Assembly (NCBI GenBank): GCA_905178155.1
Contig: CAJINV010000013.1
Coordinates: 3,158,158 to 3,222,157 of the forward strand
DNA: 64,000 bases
Direction: 5' to 3'
Source: Amoebophrya sp. A120
Lineage: Eukaryota; Protista; Dinoflagellata
Part shown: positions 36,527 through 49,502 of the stretch, in pieces
How positions within the stretch are numbered: the first letter of the stretch is position 1
Layout of the letters: every line of letters starts with the position of its first letter
The notes under the pieces: generated by a model
Databases searched by the model: none
The model's input: the letters and a program-made list of their open reading frames with translations, nothing else
What the model was told of the DNA's origin: nothing
Made by a program: the position numbers and the translations under genes

Positions 36527-38280
36527 ATGGGTTGCGCCGCCTCCCAGGATGGAGCGAACAGACGAAGACAGAACCAACAAAACCAGCAGAACCAGCAGAA
36601 TCAGGACCCGCAGAATCAGCAGCAGCTGCCGGGGGGAGCGGGCGCCGGGCCAGGAGGGCCTGGTGGTGGTGGGGGAGCTGGAGGACCCGACTCGCCCTCA
36701 TCACAGAGACAAAGGCAGCAGAGAGATGTACTTATACAAACATACTTGTTTAGTTGCGCTGCCCCCATGATCTGGTAGCGCAGTAGCAAGCTTTTTTACG
36801 CAAACAAGGGTGGGAAAACCTCCACCTCGCGCTTCAAAAAATTGAGCGGTGCGTGACCAATATGAAAGAGAATTTTCTTCCAATTTCAAAAACAATCCTA
36901 AACTACAGCGCTCCGTCCGTAAGGCTCCGATAGTGAAGGCCCTGGTCGCCTTGGAAAATGAACACATAAAGCTGGAGAAAAAAGGACAGGGGACGTATGA
37001 ACTTGGTTTGCAGCTGTCCGTGCTCCAGGGAATGCGCGGGTTCGAAGTCACGGCGACATTTAACGGTAATATTTGTATGCAAGTCAGCTATTCTTGTTGA
37101 AGAGATCTCGTCGTCTGTGATGCGTGTCTCATACGGCAGATGATGATCTCGATTGTGCGTTTTGCATGTCAAAGTTAAAATCCTTTCACAAAACAACAGC
37201 TTTCGTCGCAGATCCGCAGGAGCACAATGTGATACCCTCTGTCACCGCCCCGGACGTGTCTTCCGAGTTTAAGAAAACGGCATCTGGGCAAAACAAAGTA
37301 GCGTTTATGGGCATACCAAAAACGATGCTCTCCTCCATGCGCAGTCCCAAGGAGTCGGAGTTGCCCAACGAGATACCCTTGGTTATTCACATAAGGTCAC
37401 TGCAGGAAAACTACTCCTCCAAAAACGTCTATGGAAGTGTCAGAATCGAAATTGACAAAATCGAAAAATTTGTGATGCACAAAATCGATGCCAGTTGGAG
37501 CCTCAGTTTTCAACTGGCGCATGACAAATTTCGGGACCACCAAAATCCAGTCTGTCATGCTGTTTGGGCAAAGCAGACTGCTCCTGTCATGCTACTCTGG
37601 CAACACATTGTCTACCCCTAAACAGGCTTACAACCGGTCTCATTTGCCTGCTCCCCAATACAGGCCTCGCGTGCCCTACATTTTATGCATCACAAGTTTT
37701 TCGATTTTGTCAATTTCGATTCTGACGCTTCCATAACGTCAACGCGGTCTGGTGCTACTGCAATCTGCGCGAGACCGAGAACGAAAAATACGAGGTGCTG
37801 GTCATGAAGAAGATGGTCGCATGTACTACTTCATACTTTTCGACGTCGTGTTTTCTTTGGTTTTTTTCAGAACCGAATCGGATTGAGGACGTCAAATAAA
37901 AAGAAACTTTCAATTTGGTTGCGTTCCTTCGCCATGCTGCAGTTGTACCTTGAAATGCAACACTATGCAAATCAAAACAAGATGAAAATTCATCAACAGG
38001 CGAAGGGCGGTCATACCTGCTACAAAATCTGTTTGGTGGCACCGTAACGCTCCCGGGCGACACAGAGGGCGACGGTCAGGAGTGCGTCGTCTGCCTTTCC
38101 GCGCCAAGAGAGGTTGTGGTTCTGCACTGCAAGCACGTCTGTCTCTGCAAGGCCTGCGCGGGCGTCACCAGCTCCACGTGGAGCTATCAGTGCCCGATAT
38201 GTCGCGGCCGCGTCGCAGCCTTTGTCGCCGTCGACGACGCAGGGCTTGCGGGAGGTGGAACGTCGGGCGCAGTTACATGA
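36527..38280 (+). CDS. LOG2/LUL/MGRN1(RNF157)-like RING E3 ubiquitin ligase, 5 exons
   Basis: N-terminal MGCAAS (myristoylation-like); last exon from 38000 reads GRSYLLQNLFG...ECVVCLSAPREVVVLHCKHVCLCKACA...CPICR. Inferred introns ~36728-36848, 37066-37199, introner 37430-37735, 37823-37999. Confidence 0.82.
37430..37735. mobile_element. Introner, 306 bp
   Basis: ~56-bp TIRs tatggaagtgtcagaatcgaaattgacaaaatcgaaaaa... / ...tttttcgattttgtcaatttcgattctgacgcttccata; TSD acgtc (37425-37429, 37736-37740). Confidence 0.93.
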
Positions 38281-39346
38281 GCGGCCGTTCCGGATGCAGG
38301 AATTTTTCTACGGGGCTGTGAGATTTCTGCTAATATCCCACCCAACGAACAACAATAATCCTCACGTAGTTTTTGTTCTTCAAAAAGTTTATTCCCTCGA
38401 TGTAGAAGTACCCGTCTCACGCTCTCACCTCTGAAGTCTAGAAAGATAATGAATTTGAATTCTACCCTTATTTTCCCCATACAATTTCTCGACATTGAAT
38501 AGGTGAGCTAGTGGTAAAGCCATAGCTTAGTCACATTCCTGTGTCGTAGTTACAGTCACGAAAAACCAGTCGCTAACGCGCTAGCGGTGGTTTTTGTTTG
38601 TACTACATCAACATCTCCACCCCCGATACTACGTTGATCCGTGTCTTGCACTTCTGAAGAAAGAAAAAGAATACAGATCCCTGACCACATGATGACGTGA
38701 GATGCCGGTCTCCATTTCGTAACGCTAAAGAAGTCGTTCGTTGCACTACGTAGTAGAATCTGTTCGTCCCCCCGTGGGAAGACGTACCGTGAGACGAGAG
38801 AGAGTGCTATTCACGTAGTAGTACTACAGTCAGATATCTTTTTGTGATAAACATAAATAAGGTAAAACCTTTGTTATCTGACCTCCTCATCTGAACAAAA
38901 TGAGAACGCTTACTTAGCAATATTGTGGAGAGAGTGAGTTGTTAGAACTAGAAGCGATTCTTGAGCGATGACGTTGACGTTGCCCGACTCGTACATCTTA
39001 GTTTGTGCATTTGGATTTTTTCGTTGCACTACGTCATATTGTTGGGTCTGGCGCTAACGTTTTAGCCTCCTCCACAAGGAACATCAACCTGCGTATCTCG
39101 TGCTGCACAATGTACATTACAAAGTAGAAGTCGACGCACACTTCTCATTTACACGAACAAAAATTCATTATATATTCTGCAAATCATCGCCTTCAATTTG
39201 AAAATATTTCAGCTGGAAAAGGTGTTTTTTTTTCTGGGCTACAACATCGAGCTCCAGGGATAGCTACTCTCTTCGAGGGGACAAGAAGAGTTTGTAAGTA
39301 CTTCATATCAAAACACTTTGAAATCGACACGGGAATTTAAGCGAAG

Positions 39347-42313
39347 ATGAGTCGCGCCGTGCTCCAAGTTTTCGAGGAGTACCAGAAGGCTCGGGTGACC
39401 TTCGTCCAGACCGTCGCAGACCTGGCCACAAGACCACAAAACATCGACGCCTTGCAGAATGCAGGAGTATTGGATTGATTTTCCTCGTTTTCATGAATTT
39501 GAATCTATCGCTTATGGAGAGTCGTGCACCTTCATATTGATGATATTACGCGAAAAAAACAAGAAATTATCAACGCAAAAACTCAGGTTATGGCCTTGTT
39601 GCGACCTCTTCTGCTCGATAACGTCGCATCAATCCAGCAGTCCGCAGCGCTGGCATTGGGACGACTCGCCAACTACAGTGATGAGCTCGCAGAAAGCGTC
39701 GTTACACACGAGATTTTGCCGCAATTAGTGTACTTATGATTCCGTTTTTGTGCATAACAAGTCCAAGAGTGAGCAGTGTTAGACTCATTTTTCGCACTGG
39801 GGTGATTCTTGGTAGCAAAATGAATCGTACAAAATTTCTTGTCCTCCGAATGACAAAACGCAGGTTCTCATTGTCCCAGCAAAACCGATTTTACAAGAAG
39901 GCCGCGGCATTTGTTTTGCGAGCAGTGAGCAAGCACAGCCCACAGCTGGCACAGGCAGTCGTCGATAGCGGTGCTTTGGACGCACTCGTATTTGCTTTTG
40001 TTGTTTTTCGTTTTCCTAACATAAACATCACAGATGGACATGGAGATGCACCAGACTACCTCTAACTTCCTCTCATTTAGTTGCAACGCAAACAGAGGAA
40101 CCGGGTCCGGGCAAGACCGAAAGTAGAAGTCCTCGTTTCGCATTGCAACAAGTGCCTCTACTACCCATTTCTCAGGTGACCTGCCTGGAAGAGTTTGACC
40201 CAAGCGTAAAGGAAGCCGCCGCATGGGCGCTGGGCTACATCGCCCGACACACCAAGGAGCTCGCGCAGACGGTCGTGGATGCCGGTGCAGTGCCACTGTT
40301 AGTCCTCTGCTTCCAGGAGCCAGAAATCACTTTGAAGCGAATTGCGGCCAGCGCCATGAGCGATATCTGCAAACACTCTCCGGAATTAGCGCAGACGGTA
40401 GTTTTTGGTTGTTATTGATTGTTTTTACGATGATCGCGTACTAGTACCTGACTGCACGATGATGATTTTGAGTTGATCATGCTTTTCTTGTTGTAATGCC
40501 GATAGCTTGGTGTTGGTATGTGTAGAAAAGCTAGCGACAAAATCCAAATTTCAGGTCCAAGATGCGGGTGCCGTGCCATTAATTGCCAAGGATATCTCCC
40601 ATGTGGATGCCCCATTGAAGAGACAGGTGTGCTCCTGCCTCGCGCAAATCGCAAAACACTCCGTCGATTTGGCGGAAGTGGTACTGGATTACTTGCTCGT
40701 TTTTTTGTTTCATAATCTCCGATTAGGAAAATCGAAAATGTGGTGACTAGATTTGTGTTTTTCTCATTCAGATTCAGTTGTTGTTCTATCCTATCTTCTT
40801 CGAAACCGAAACCAGGTCGTCGAAGCAGAGATTTTCCCGCGCATCTTGCACTGCCTGAAGGACGTGGACGAGTACGTGAGAAAAAACGCCGCGACCTGCG
40901 TCCGCGAGATCGCCAGACACACCCCGGATCTCGCAAAGCTCATCGTCAACGCCGGCGGTGTCGCCGCCATGGTGGACTACATCACCGAGGCTAGGGGCAA
41001 CAACCGACTGCCCGGTATCATGACCCTCGGGTACGTGGCGGCCTTCAGCGAAACCCTGGCCTTGGCGGTGGTCGTTTCGAAGGGTATCTATACGTTCTTT
41101 CTTGCCTGACAATGCGTCTATTTTGCGGTTTTCACTTTCATTCCAGATCCAGATCCGATCCAGAATGCGACTTGAGTTTATTAGCATTAGCTTGTCCTCG
41201 TCCTGCGTGCGTGGTGTTGCTCCTGAAGCCGCATCACGTTTTGTGCTTTACAATCCACCACCTGGATGTCGATTTATTCTCTGCCCTAGGTATCCCACCA
41301 CTCAAGGATGCGTTGATCAACGAGCCAGAGGACCACTTGAAAGCCGCATCGGCCTGGAGTTTGGGGCAGATCGGCCGACACTCCCCAGATCACGCAAGAG
41401 CACTCGCAGAGGCCGACGTGCTGCGAAGATTATTGGCTGTGTACAAATTTCTACTTTTTGTTTTTCACGACCACAAAACTCCGCTTGTTGTCTTGTTGAC
41501 AAGCGTTCTTTTACTCATTTTGCGCCGAAAATGCGTGACAGACTCCGAGTCGGACTCCATGTTGGACGAGATGTGATGATAAAATGAAACAGGTACTTGC
41601 ACCAGGATTCTAGTGAGGATTTGAAGACCAAGGCAAAGCGCGCGTTGAAGTCTGTTATCCAGAAGTGCACGCACTTGACCGCTTTGGAGCCGCTGCTGCA
41701 GGAGTCCCCGCCAAATATCTTGAAGTGCGCGATATATAGATGTTTGTCATGGTGCACAAATAGAAATACTGAATGTAGAGAAGAGCCACATATATTTACA
41801 CTACGCTGGTGCAGTGACTCACTTGATAAAGTAAGCTATCTCTCGTCGTTGCGTCAGTAGACCCGCATTGTGTACCTGTCATGCCTGTGGCACACAACAA
41901 TTAGTTCACAAAAATCTTCCGTAGGTACGTTGTGCAGCAGTTCGCCAAGGTGTTACCGCACGACTTGCAAGCCAGGAGAAGCTTTGTCCAGTCTGGTTCC
42001 CTGCAAAAGATCCAGGAAGTCAACGCCGAGGTATCTATAAGTTTGTGATAGCTGCTAAGTACTAGGACTAGCACGTCTCTTTTGTGGTCAATTTTGTCAT
42101 GCGTGCTGGCTCGCTTGAATTTGGAACGAAATCGAAATTGGACTCTATGATGCCAAAACCACTACCCACCTCAACCAGGTTGGCTCCAAGCTCAAGGACT
42201 ACATTGACGAGATCAACAACCTGTACCCGCCAGAGATTGTCAACTACTACTCGCCGAACTATGCGGAAACCCTGATCAAGAAGATGGACGAGTACTCGGC
42301 GCAGGCGAACTAA
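39347..42313 (+). CDS. SPAG6: Axonemal central-pair armadillo-repeat protein PF16/SPAG6, 10 exons
   Basis: MSRAVLQVFEEYQKARVTFVQTVADLATRPQNI, ALGRLANYS, CLEEFDPSVKEAAAWALGYIARH, YPPEIVNYYSP. Inferred introns 39467-39586, 39730-39863, 39988-40175, 40398-40554, 40681-40815, 41084-41289, 41441-41592, 41725-41924, 42031-42178. Confidence 0.95.
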
Positions 42314-42399
42314 AAGCATCTTTCTACCGCGATGAACAACAACGGGTAAGAAAAAGAAAAAGAGAAAACAACTTCAGATGAATTTGGATTCAACACACA

Positions 42400-42960
42400 A
42401 CGAAAAATCAGAATCAGAACAACAGGTTAATAGAGCATCAAATCGTCAACGCAGAGCAGGTAATTTTCGCAAGAAATACAACAGACACAGGTTTCAAAGT
42501 TTCGCCAGAAAATATTAAAGTTTATAACGGTTATAGACCTGGATTATAAACTATGGCGTCAGACGGAAGTGATTTCCGATAATCAGACAAATTATGACAG
42601 ATCAGACACTTATAGCTAAGATTAATCAGACACTAACATCAGTTTTGGATGAATCAGACTGGATTCAGCAGGTAATATGTGTAAATTTCAAGCAAAAATA
42701 GCAGCAGACAGTAATAGCAATAATCAGACAAATTTTAGCTTGTTTAGTTCAGTGTTAAACAGTTTACAGAATCTTATCAGTATCAGGATTTACTATTTGC
42801 ACAGGTGGATCTACATCAGCAGATCTCCACTTTTGTCACAGTATCTGGAAAACGAGTAGTGTTTTCCTTTCAGACGAACTACTTACAATACACGCAGACA
42901 ATAGACAAGAATCAGACTGTATGTTGGGATAGCAAAGACCGACGCACGGAGAAAATGCCT
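42400..42960. repeat. Degenerate AT-rich cryptic repeat tract (aatcagac-like units)
   Basis: About a dozen irregularly spaced atcaga/tcagac words in the intergenic DNA after SPAG6. Confidence 0.5.
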
Positions 42961-43579
42961 TTTATAATATTCAACAAGAAATTCTAGTTTTCCTGATGTT
43001 TCATCATATCCTAGTATCTAACGCGCACGAGAACTCGCTACTCAAAGAACTTTCGTCACACCATTGTGCGTGATTTTTGAACTTGACACCTTCTTGAAAT
43101 GCACTACTTTTACGATGAAATTGTAAAAAGGAAAAGAAGACGCATCACGTCGCAAAGCTGCAGCCGCCGCGGAATGAAAAAACAGTAACAAGCAACATCG
43201 CCAGAGCGCGGCGCCGTTTCCATTTTTCGTTTTTCAAGCAGCTAGTGGCACTAGTCCACAACTTCGTGGAGCGACCATCTGTTTTTACAGCTGCATTCGT
43301 TCTTGAGAGGAGCGAGAAATCAAAACAGCTTTCGTTTTTTTTTTCGTTCGTTTTGCTACTTTCACGTGCTGTAGGATTTCCGACTCGAGCGATGTCGATA
43401 CAATGTAATGAAGGAATCAATTATTCAGACTCTTTCTCTTCATCTTCTCTCTTTCTCTTTGTGGCTGAGTACGCTAGTAACTAGGACTACCTAGGCCAAC
43501 GTGGTCTTTCTTGTTGGATCGCCTTTTTAGTCGTTTCCTGTCGACTGTTCCATTGCGTGGGATTTGTACCAATCACAAT

Positions 43580-45202
43580 ATGAAGGCCTCGTCAAGCGCT
43601 GCTTCACCTTCAACAGCTCCCGCTACGTCAAAGCCTACTATCCACCGCACGAGAACCGGGGCTCGGGGGTCTCATAGCCGCGTCTGCGTGGTGACGGGGA
43701 GCCCGATCGCGAAGGAGAATGGTAGGGATTTATCTTCACGGAAGATAAAAGCGAACTCCCTCAGTGGAGATGACGGGTTGCAAGACGACATAGAAGCTGC
43801 AACAAGCCAAACCACACTGAACACGGAAATTGTCCCCGCTGCCTACATTCTGAACGGAAAACCGCGAAAGAAAAAGAATGAGAACCGATTCGGGCTCGAC
43901 TTTGAGGAATCTGAAGCGGCTCTGAAGAACTCCCGGGAGCGGGCGAATGACTGGAAGAGTGAAAATGAAGACCAGGGAGAGTTGGATAGAAATGAACAAT
44001 CCTCGGACGCGGGCACACTCTCGTCCACCCGTGCTTCTTCGACGACCAACGATCGGCACACTGCAAATTGGCGAGGCGCGGCGGTCTGGATCAAGAAGGT
44101 TTTTCCGCCGAGCAAGGGAAAGGTCACGCTGCAGCAGCAAGACTTTTTGAGAAGTCTGTTGGGTGATGTTGATCAACAGGAGAAAGGCGGGGAAGTCGTT
44201 CTTGGTGGTGCTACTGGGTCTACGGCAAACGTGGGAAATCGAAAGTCTGTTTCGTACGACGAGGATGCGCCCACAGTCGTGTCCGGTTTCCAAAATCTTG
44301 TGCAAGTTTCAGAATCGTCCGAACAAGATATTCATGATCCACAGCAGGATCAGATGTCCCTGCAGATTCCAACGCCACTCACCAGCGAAACTGAGCGACT
44401 CATGTCAGAACCAGATGAAGCGCAACATCCTGTCGCACTCGCCCCTCCGGAGCCGCTCTCCCCGGTGAAATCGGCGACCCATTACTACTTAAGCGAAACC
44501 GATCGCCGGTCCCGAGAAAAGATCGAGCACGTGTTCCGGTCAAGCTTCGGGGGCGGAAGAAACAACAGCATCTACACTTCGGAAGACCCGGCGTTGGTTT
44601 GTCCGTACCTGTACATTGGCAGCATGGCAATCTGTACCAGCTCCATTTTGAAACGACACAAGATCGACTACTTGGTAAACGCCTGCGCCACCGTGACGAG
44701 CATGTCTAGCTGTAATAGCAATTGTTCCACCGGCGGAGCAGGAGGTCCAGGAGCATCGTCTTCACCACCGGCCGCTACACCGTCGCATCAAGCCTCTTCG
44801 TCCACCATAGCCGGTCCGCTCCGTCCAACCTTTTCCCTCGCCCTCGCGGACCACCCGAAGTACGCTTTAAACCGTGATACTATGGACGACTTAGTGCAGT
44901 TCATCGACGACGCCCGGGCCCGAAAGAAAACGGTGCTGATTTTCTGCGCCCGCGGCGTGTCCCGCTGCGCCACGGTGTGCTGCTGGTACTTGTTGTGCGC
45001 CAGGTTGGCGACTTCGGTCAATGGTGCTTTGGCGCTGGTGCAGAAGAACCGCCCCATTTGCGATCCGAACAAGGGATTTCGAAAGCAGCTGAAGGACTTA
45101 GAACTGGAGATCCGGGAGTTCACCGCCATCGGAGACGAATTCTTGAAAATTGACAGTTGGGAAAGGAAAAAAATGGTGGTGGACCAGCTCGTTGGGTCTT
45201 GA
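43580..45202 (+). CDS. Dual-specificity protein phosphatase with long disordered N-terminus
   Basis: PYLYIGS, LKRHKIDYLVNA, FIDDAR, active site IFCARGVSRC (CX5R), NRPICDPNKGFRKQL. Confidence 0.88.
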   Translation: MKASSSAASPSTAPATSKPTIHRTRTGARGSHSRVCVVTGSPIAKENGRDLSSRKIKANSLSGDDGLQDDIEAATSQTTLNTEIVPAAYILNGKPRKKKNENRFGLDFEESEAALKNSRERANDWKSENEDQGELDRNEQSSDAGTLSSTRASSTTNDRHTANWRGAAVWIKKVFPPSKGKVTLQQQDFLRSLLGDVDQQEKGGEVVLGGATGSTANVGNRKSVSYDEDAPTVVSGFQNLVQVSESSEQDIHDPQQDQMSLQIPTPLTSETERLMSEPDEAQHPVALAPPEPLSPVKSATHYYLSETDRRSREKIEHVFRSSFGGGRNNSIYTSEDPALVCPYLYIGSMAICTSSILKRHKIDYLVNACATVTSMSSCNSNCSTGGAGGPGASSSPPAATPSHQASSSTIAGPLRPTFSLALADHPKYALNRDTMDDLVQFIDDARARKKTVLIFCARGVSRCATVCCWYLLCARLATSVNGALALVQKNRPICDPNKGFRKQLKDLELEIREFTAIGDEFLKIDSWERKKMVVDQLVGS

Positions 45203-46082
45203 GAAAAAAAAAATTTCACCTCAAAGAAACCATAACGGTGATTTATGGTTTGTAGTTTTATAAACCTTTCGATTTCCTGCACCTGCTTGCTGTTTCGAAT
45301 TTGAATTATCGCATTCGGAGATGAACTAGATTTGCAAGGAGAAAAATGTAAAATTTCTTTACTAACAGCCGCTGCTCGTTACGTGAAACAAACAGACAGC
45401 AAAAACTCGTGACTTGCTGAGCTCGTTGTTTACGTTTATAACGAGGACCGTGAATGAGAAAGATGATATGAAAACGCACTGGCGTTCTTGGTGTCTCTGT
45501 CTGTGGAGCTTTACGGTGTGCCGTCGTTCGCTAGCGTGCAGGAGCTAACGTCGTTCGAGGACGCTCCTGCAGGAGCCCCCTTGCTACTTACTGTCGTCGT
45601 CTTCGTCCGTATTGAACTTCTTTTTCGTTTTCTATATCGAAAAAAATTCGAGTTTGGTCTTGCCCGTACCTACTGGTTTTGTTGTCGTTGGTGACAGACC
45701 AGGTCTTTGTCCTTGTCGTCCCAACCTCGTCATCCTGAACTCGTCTTTATTACAAACGGAAGTCGTCCACCTCAATCGCCAATCGGCCACGGGTCTTGTC
45801 ACTTTTGTGCGTTCGGGTGAATATGACCTCCCTTCCGAGTTCCAAGCAAACTAATTCCGAACTCAAAATACGACACGACAGTTCCTCAAATGTAAGTTGA
45901 TTTCTACTTCTTGTTCCCTTCACCAGGTGTATAGTAAGTTGTCTCGGCTTAATACCGACTAGAAAGATAAGTGTTTGTATCTGCCTTTGCAGAAGAACTA
46001 AATCCGTCTTTTGTTTGCTCGCCATTAATACAGACTTACGACTTACTCCCGTTCCTCCGAGATTTGTGTGGCACAGTAGCTG

Positions 46083-48540
46083 ATGAAGGCGAAAATGACA
46101 GTCCCAGCCAAGGGACATCAAGTTGCTGGTATCGGATTACTACTGGGTGTTGGTAGTACAACTGAGGTAGCATTTGATGTCCCGCAGCCCGTTCATGGCT
46201 TATCCCTGCACACGCTGCAGCACACTAAGAAGGAGCGCAGTGCAAGACGCAGCGCTGCAAAGTCGGGGACGGCGGCGCACCAGCGAACCTACAAGCAAGG
46301 CAGTTTGTTCAAGATGTTGACGACGAAGAAGTTCGAGAGGACGACAGAGAGGCGTCTAAGCATGCGGGGTCGTGGCGGACTGAAAGACGAAGACAAGATT
46401 TGTTGGGACCCGAAGTCGTTTAGGCAGGACGTGTTACCTGGTTCGGAGGATACTACATTGTTCGGAATGATTCTCTCCGACGCCGAGTGCCACTCAGAGC
46501 CGAGGTGCGACACGTTTTGGGATCTTTTTCCGGTATTCGATTACGCAGAGCGAGCTTTACCGAACTGCGACGACAATTGGCAACGGGTGGGAAATAACGA
46601 TTGGTATTTTAAGTTGTTTGGACACGACAGGGATGGAAACCGCAACGAGTACACTACTTGCATCCTGCGGCAGTCGCAAATGCCGGTCCAAAGGGACTGC
46701 AGTATTCAGGCTTGTGGGGACCAATATCTGGCCGACCCGGACGAGTCTCTTTTATCCAGTGAAATTTTGTATTTGTGCTGTGTTTTGGTCCCTCCGCCTC
46801 TCGTGAGGCCATGTAAAGAACAAAGAGCAAATCAATATAAGTGTATTGATCAAGTAGTTTCAGTTTGTGAGTCTTCCTCCGATGAACATGCAGGGCTGAG
46901 AAGGGAAAACAATATGCACGGCCGCTCCTGATCTTCCTTTTGCTGCAAATATATAGTAGATCATTATGGAAAATCAAACTGCAACCTGTTAGAGCCTACA
47001 CGTTCGCGTCTGTTCTTCTACGAGTGAGTTATTTATCCAAACAAGCAGGAGGTGTTTTGTATCTGTTCCAAGCGTCGTGAGCTGCGTGACTTCAAGGGTT
47101 GAGATCCATTAAAAATCTCCGTCGTCATGCTCATCCCCAACGAAGACCAAGAGATGACCACACCGCACAGAGATAATTTGCAAGGCATAGCAGCCCTACC
47201 GCAGTTTCAATTTGAGGCTGTTTCGGGACCAGGACCTGTCGTGCGTGTGCCAAACCTTGTGCGAGCGGGACGCTGGGCACAGTGAGACGAGCTCTGATTC
47301 CTATTCTCGCTGCTTCGCTTGGCGGGTTATTCAGCCGCAGCGAGACGGTGAAGGCAATCTGAACAAAGACTGGAAAGAGAAGAAGTATCTCCGCTGCGAC
47401 TTGTTCGATAGCGACGGGTACTACGATAGCTTACGGAGTATATCGGGTGGCAATCGCCACCTGTACAGTGCCGGGCGCTGCGTGACGGGGCGGACGCAGC
47501 AGCCCCAGCACTGCACAGCCGCGACCAGAGCGGCGCGGGCCCAGCAAAAACTGACGGAGGACTGCAGTGGAAACTCGTACGATGGCGCCTCCATCTGGAC
47601 CGGCGAGGCGGGCCAGACGCTTGTGTCAGGAAACTGCGCGGGGCCGCTACCCGGCAGCAGCGGGACCATGATCGAAGAAAGTTGGTGTGCTTCTGGGGGA
47701 GGGGGCCCGGAAAATTGCAGCTCCTCCCGCTGCTGTGCGGACCCGGCGCTGCGCTGCTACAAGAAAGACCAGCACTGGTCGGGCTGCATTCCGCCCGTGG
47801 GTTCTCCTGGCGCTTGCACACCGGGAGGAACCAGGCTGGAAGACGGGGCGGAGTGGTCGCACCAGCCCTGGGCCTGCGAGTACATTGACGTCAATCCGCT
47901 GCCTACCCCTAGTGCTACCCTAGCACCACTGGTGCCAGGTACGACAACGGCGCCAATCGTCCCTAGACAAGATCCAATCGTACCTACACAAGGCGATCTT
48001 TCGTCCCACAACAATCCGCTACCATCAACCACGGCTGCGCCACCGGTCACGAATCCTGCCACTCCAAGCACCGCGCTTAGTACCTCAACTGCTCCTTTAA
48101 GCACGACGAATTCTCCAAGCAACGGTGACACCGGAGAGTCGCCCATTTCCTTGCCAGCATCACAGGATGGCGATGCAAATGGAGAAGCGCAACAACAAGA
48201 AGCGAATCAGGCCCCGACGGAGGATGACCAGTCGGGAGCACAGCATGGCGAGGGTGCTGTCCCGGGGTCCGTTGCAGAGCAGACACCTTATTTGGCAAGA
48301 ACACCCAAGCCACGGAGTTTCGACTGCTGTGAAGAAGGTACCGCTAGAACCGTTCCGCAAGGTTACGAAGAAGCGGTGGGCGCGGATACTTCTACGCAGG
48401 CGGAGCATGGGTGGCTCCAGGCTGCAGAAGGCAGCAGTTCTACAACAACGCAGGAAGGTGCTACGTCGGCTGGTGACCTCGCTGGGTTAACCCCATCGTT
48501 TGCGCCAGTGCAAGACAGTGCCAGGATTCCACGAAGATAG
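46083..48540 (+). CDS. Putative secreted Cys-rich protein with PAN/apple-like and CBM1-like modules and a Thr/Pro-rich tail; exon structure across 46770-47210 unresolved
   Basis: Hydrophobic N-terminal stretch; CQTLCER..CFAW..CDLF; ENCSSSRCCADPALRCYKKDQHWSGC; ORFs 46083-46931 and 47212-48540 assumed to be one gene. Confidence 0.5.
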
Positions 48541-49502
48541 AACAAGATGACAGCACATCATGCGCACGATACTGGTTTTTGTTGAGTCAGCACGAGTTCG
48601 ATCCGAAGTGGCGCCAAGGCCGCACTACTTTTATAGTTACTTTTCCATTTTTTTGTCTTTCAAATCCCATTCACGATCGTGAAAACTCCTTCAGGAATAC
48701 GTGAGTACCAGTTCTAGTTCATCCTTAGCTTTAGTAGTTTCAGGTAGTTTATTACTCTCAATCTCAAATGCTTTTAGTGTTGTAACATTCATAACAAACT
48801 GCAGCGTGCCACACTAAAACGGTATTTTACAACGCTCCCTACCCAGCAACCTCACTGTAATATAGACCAAATCTCTACCATTGCACAAGATCAAGAAGTC
48901 GAATTTTAAGGGTGATAAAATTTCCAGAACATGATCTGCAACAATATTTCCCAGAACGTCTTCTCGTAAAGGTGAACATCGGTGCCTTCTATTTTCGCCA
49001 CTGTTCCTCAGAAGAAGAAAAAAAGTTTGAGTTTTCTTGTCTTGCTCGTGGTTTTGCTTTTGTTTATTTTCGTCCTTTTTCCACGTTCTTGTCGTTCGAA
49101 TTGTCGTCCATTCATGACACTCGTCTTCGTGATGGTCGTGCATGCATCGCAATTTGCCGTGCTTGATATCTGATTTTTTTCGTTTCGCTCGCACATTTCG
49201 ATTTATTAATTCGTACTTCGTCGGTGGATTGAAGCAGAAGCAACCCAAGTAGTTGAAACGCAGAATATCGGGCTCCGAATAAATTGATTTCCAGTTATCC
49301 TCGCCTCATCTTCAGAAGAAATGAAGTGTAAATCTCGGGCTATTAGTACGTAAGAACCTCCACTCCCCACGACTGCGTCGTGGGGCAAGGCTGAAGATTG
49401 GTAAACATCCATGTATCTTCATAGTTCTCCTTTTACGTAGTTGTCGTTCGCAGGCCTGCTCCCTGCTAGGCACAGGCAGGCAGCGAAGCCGAAGCGTAGA
49501 CC

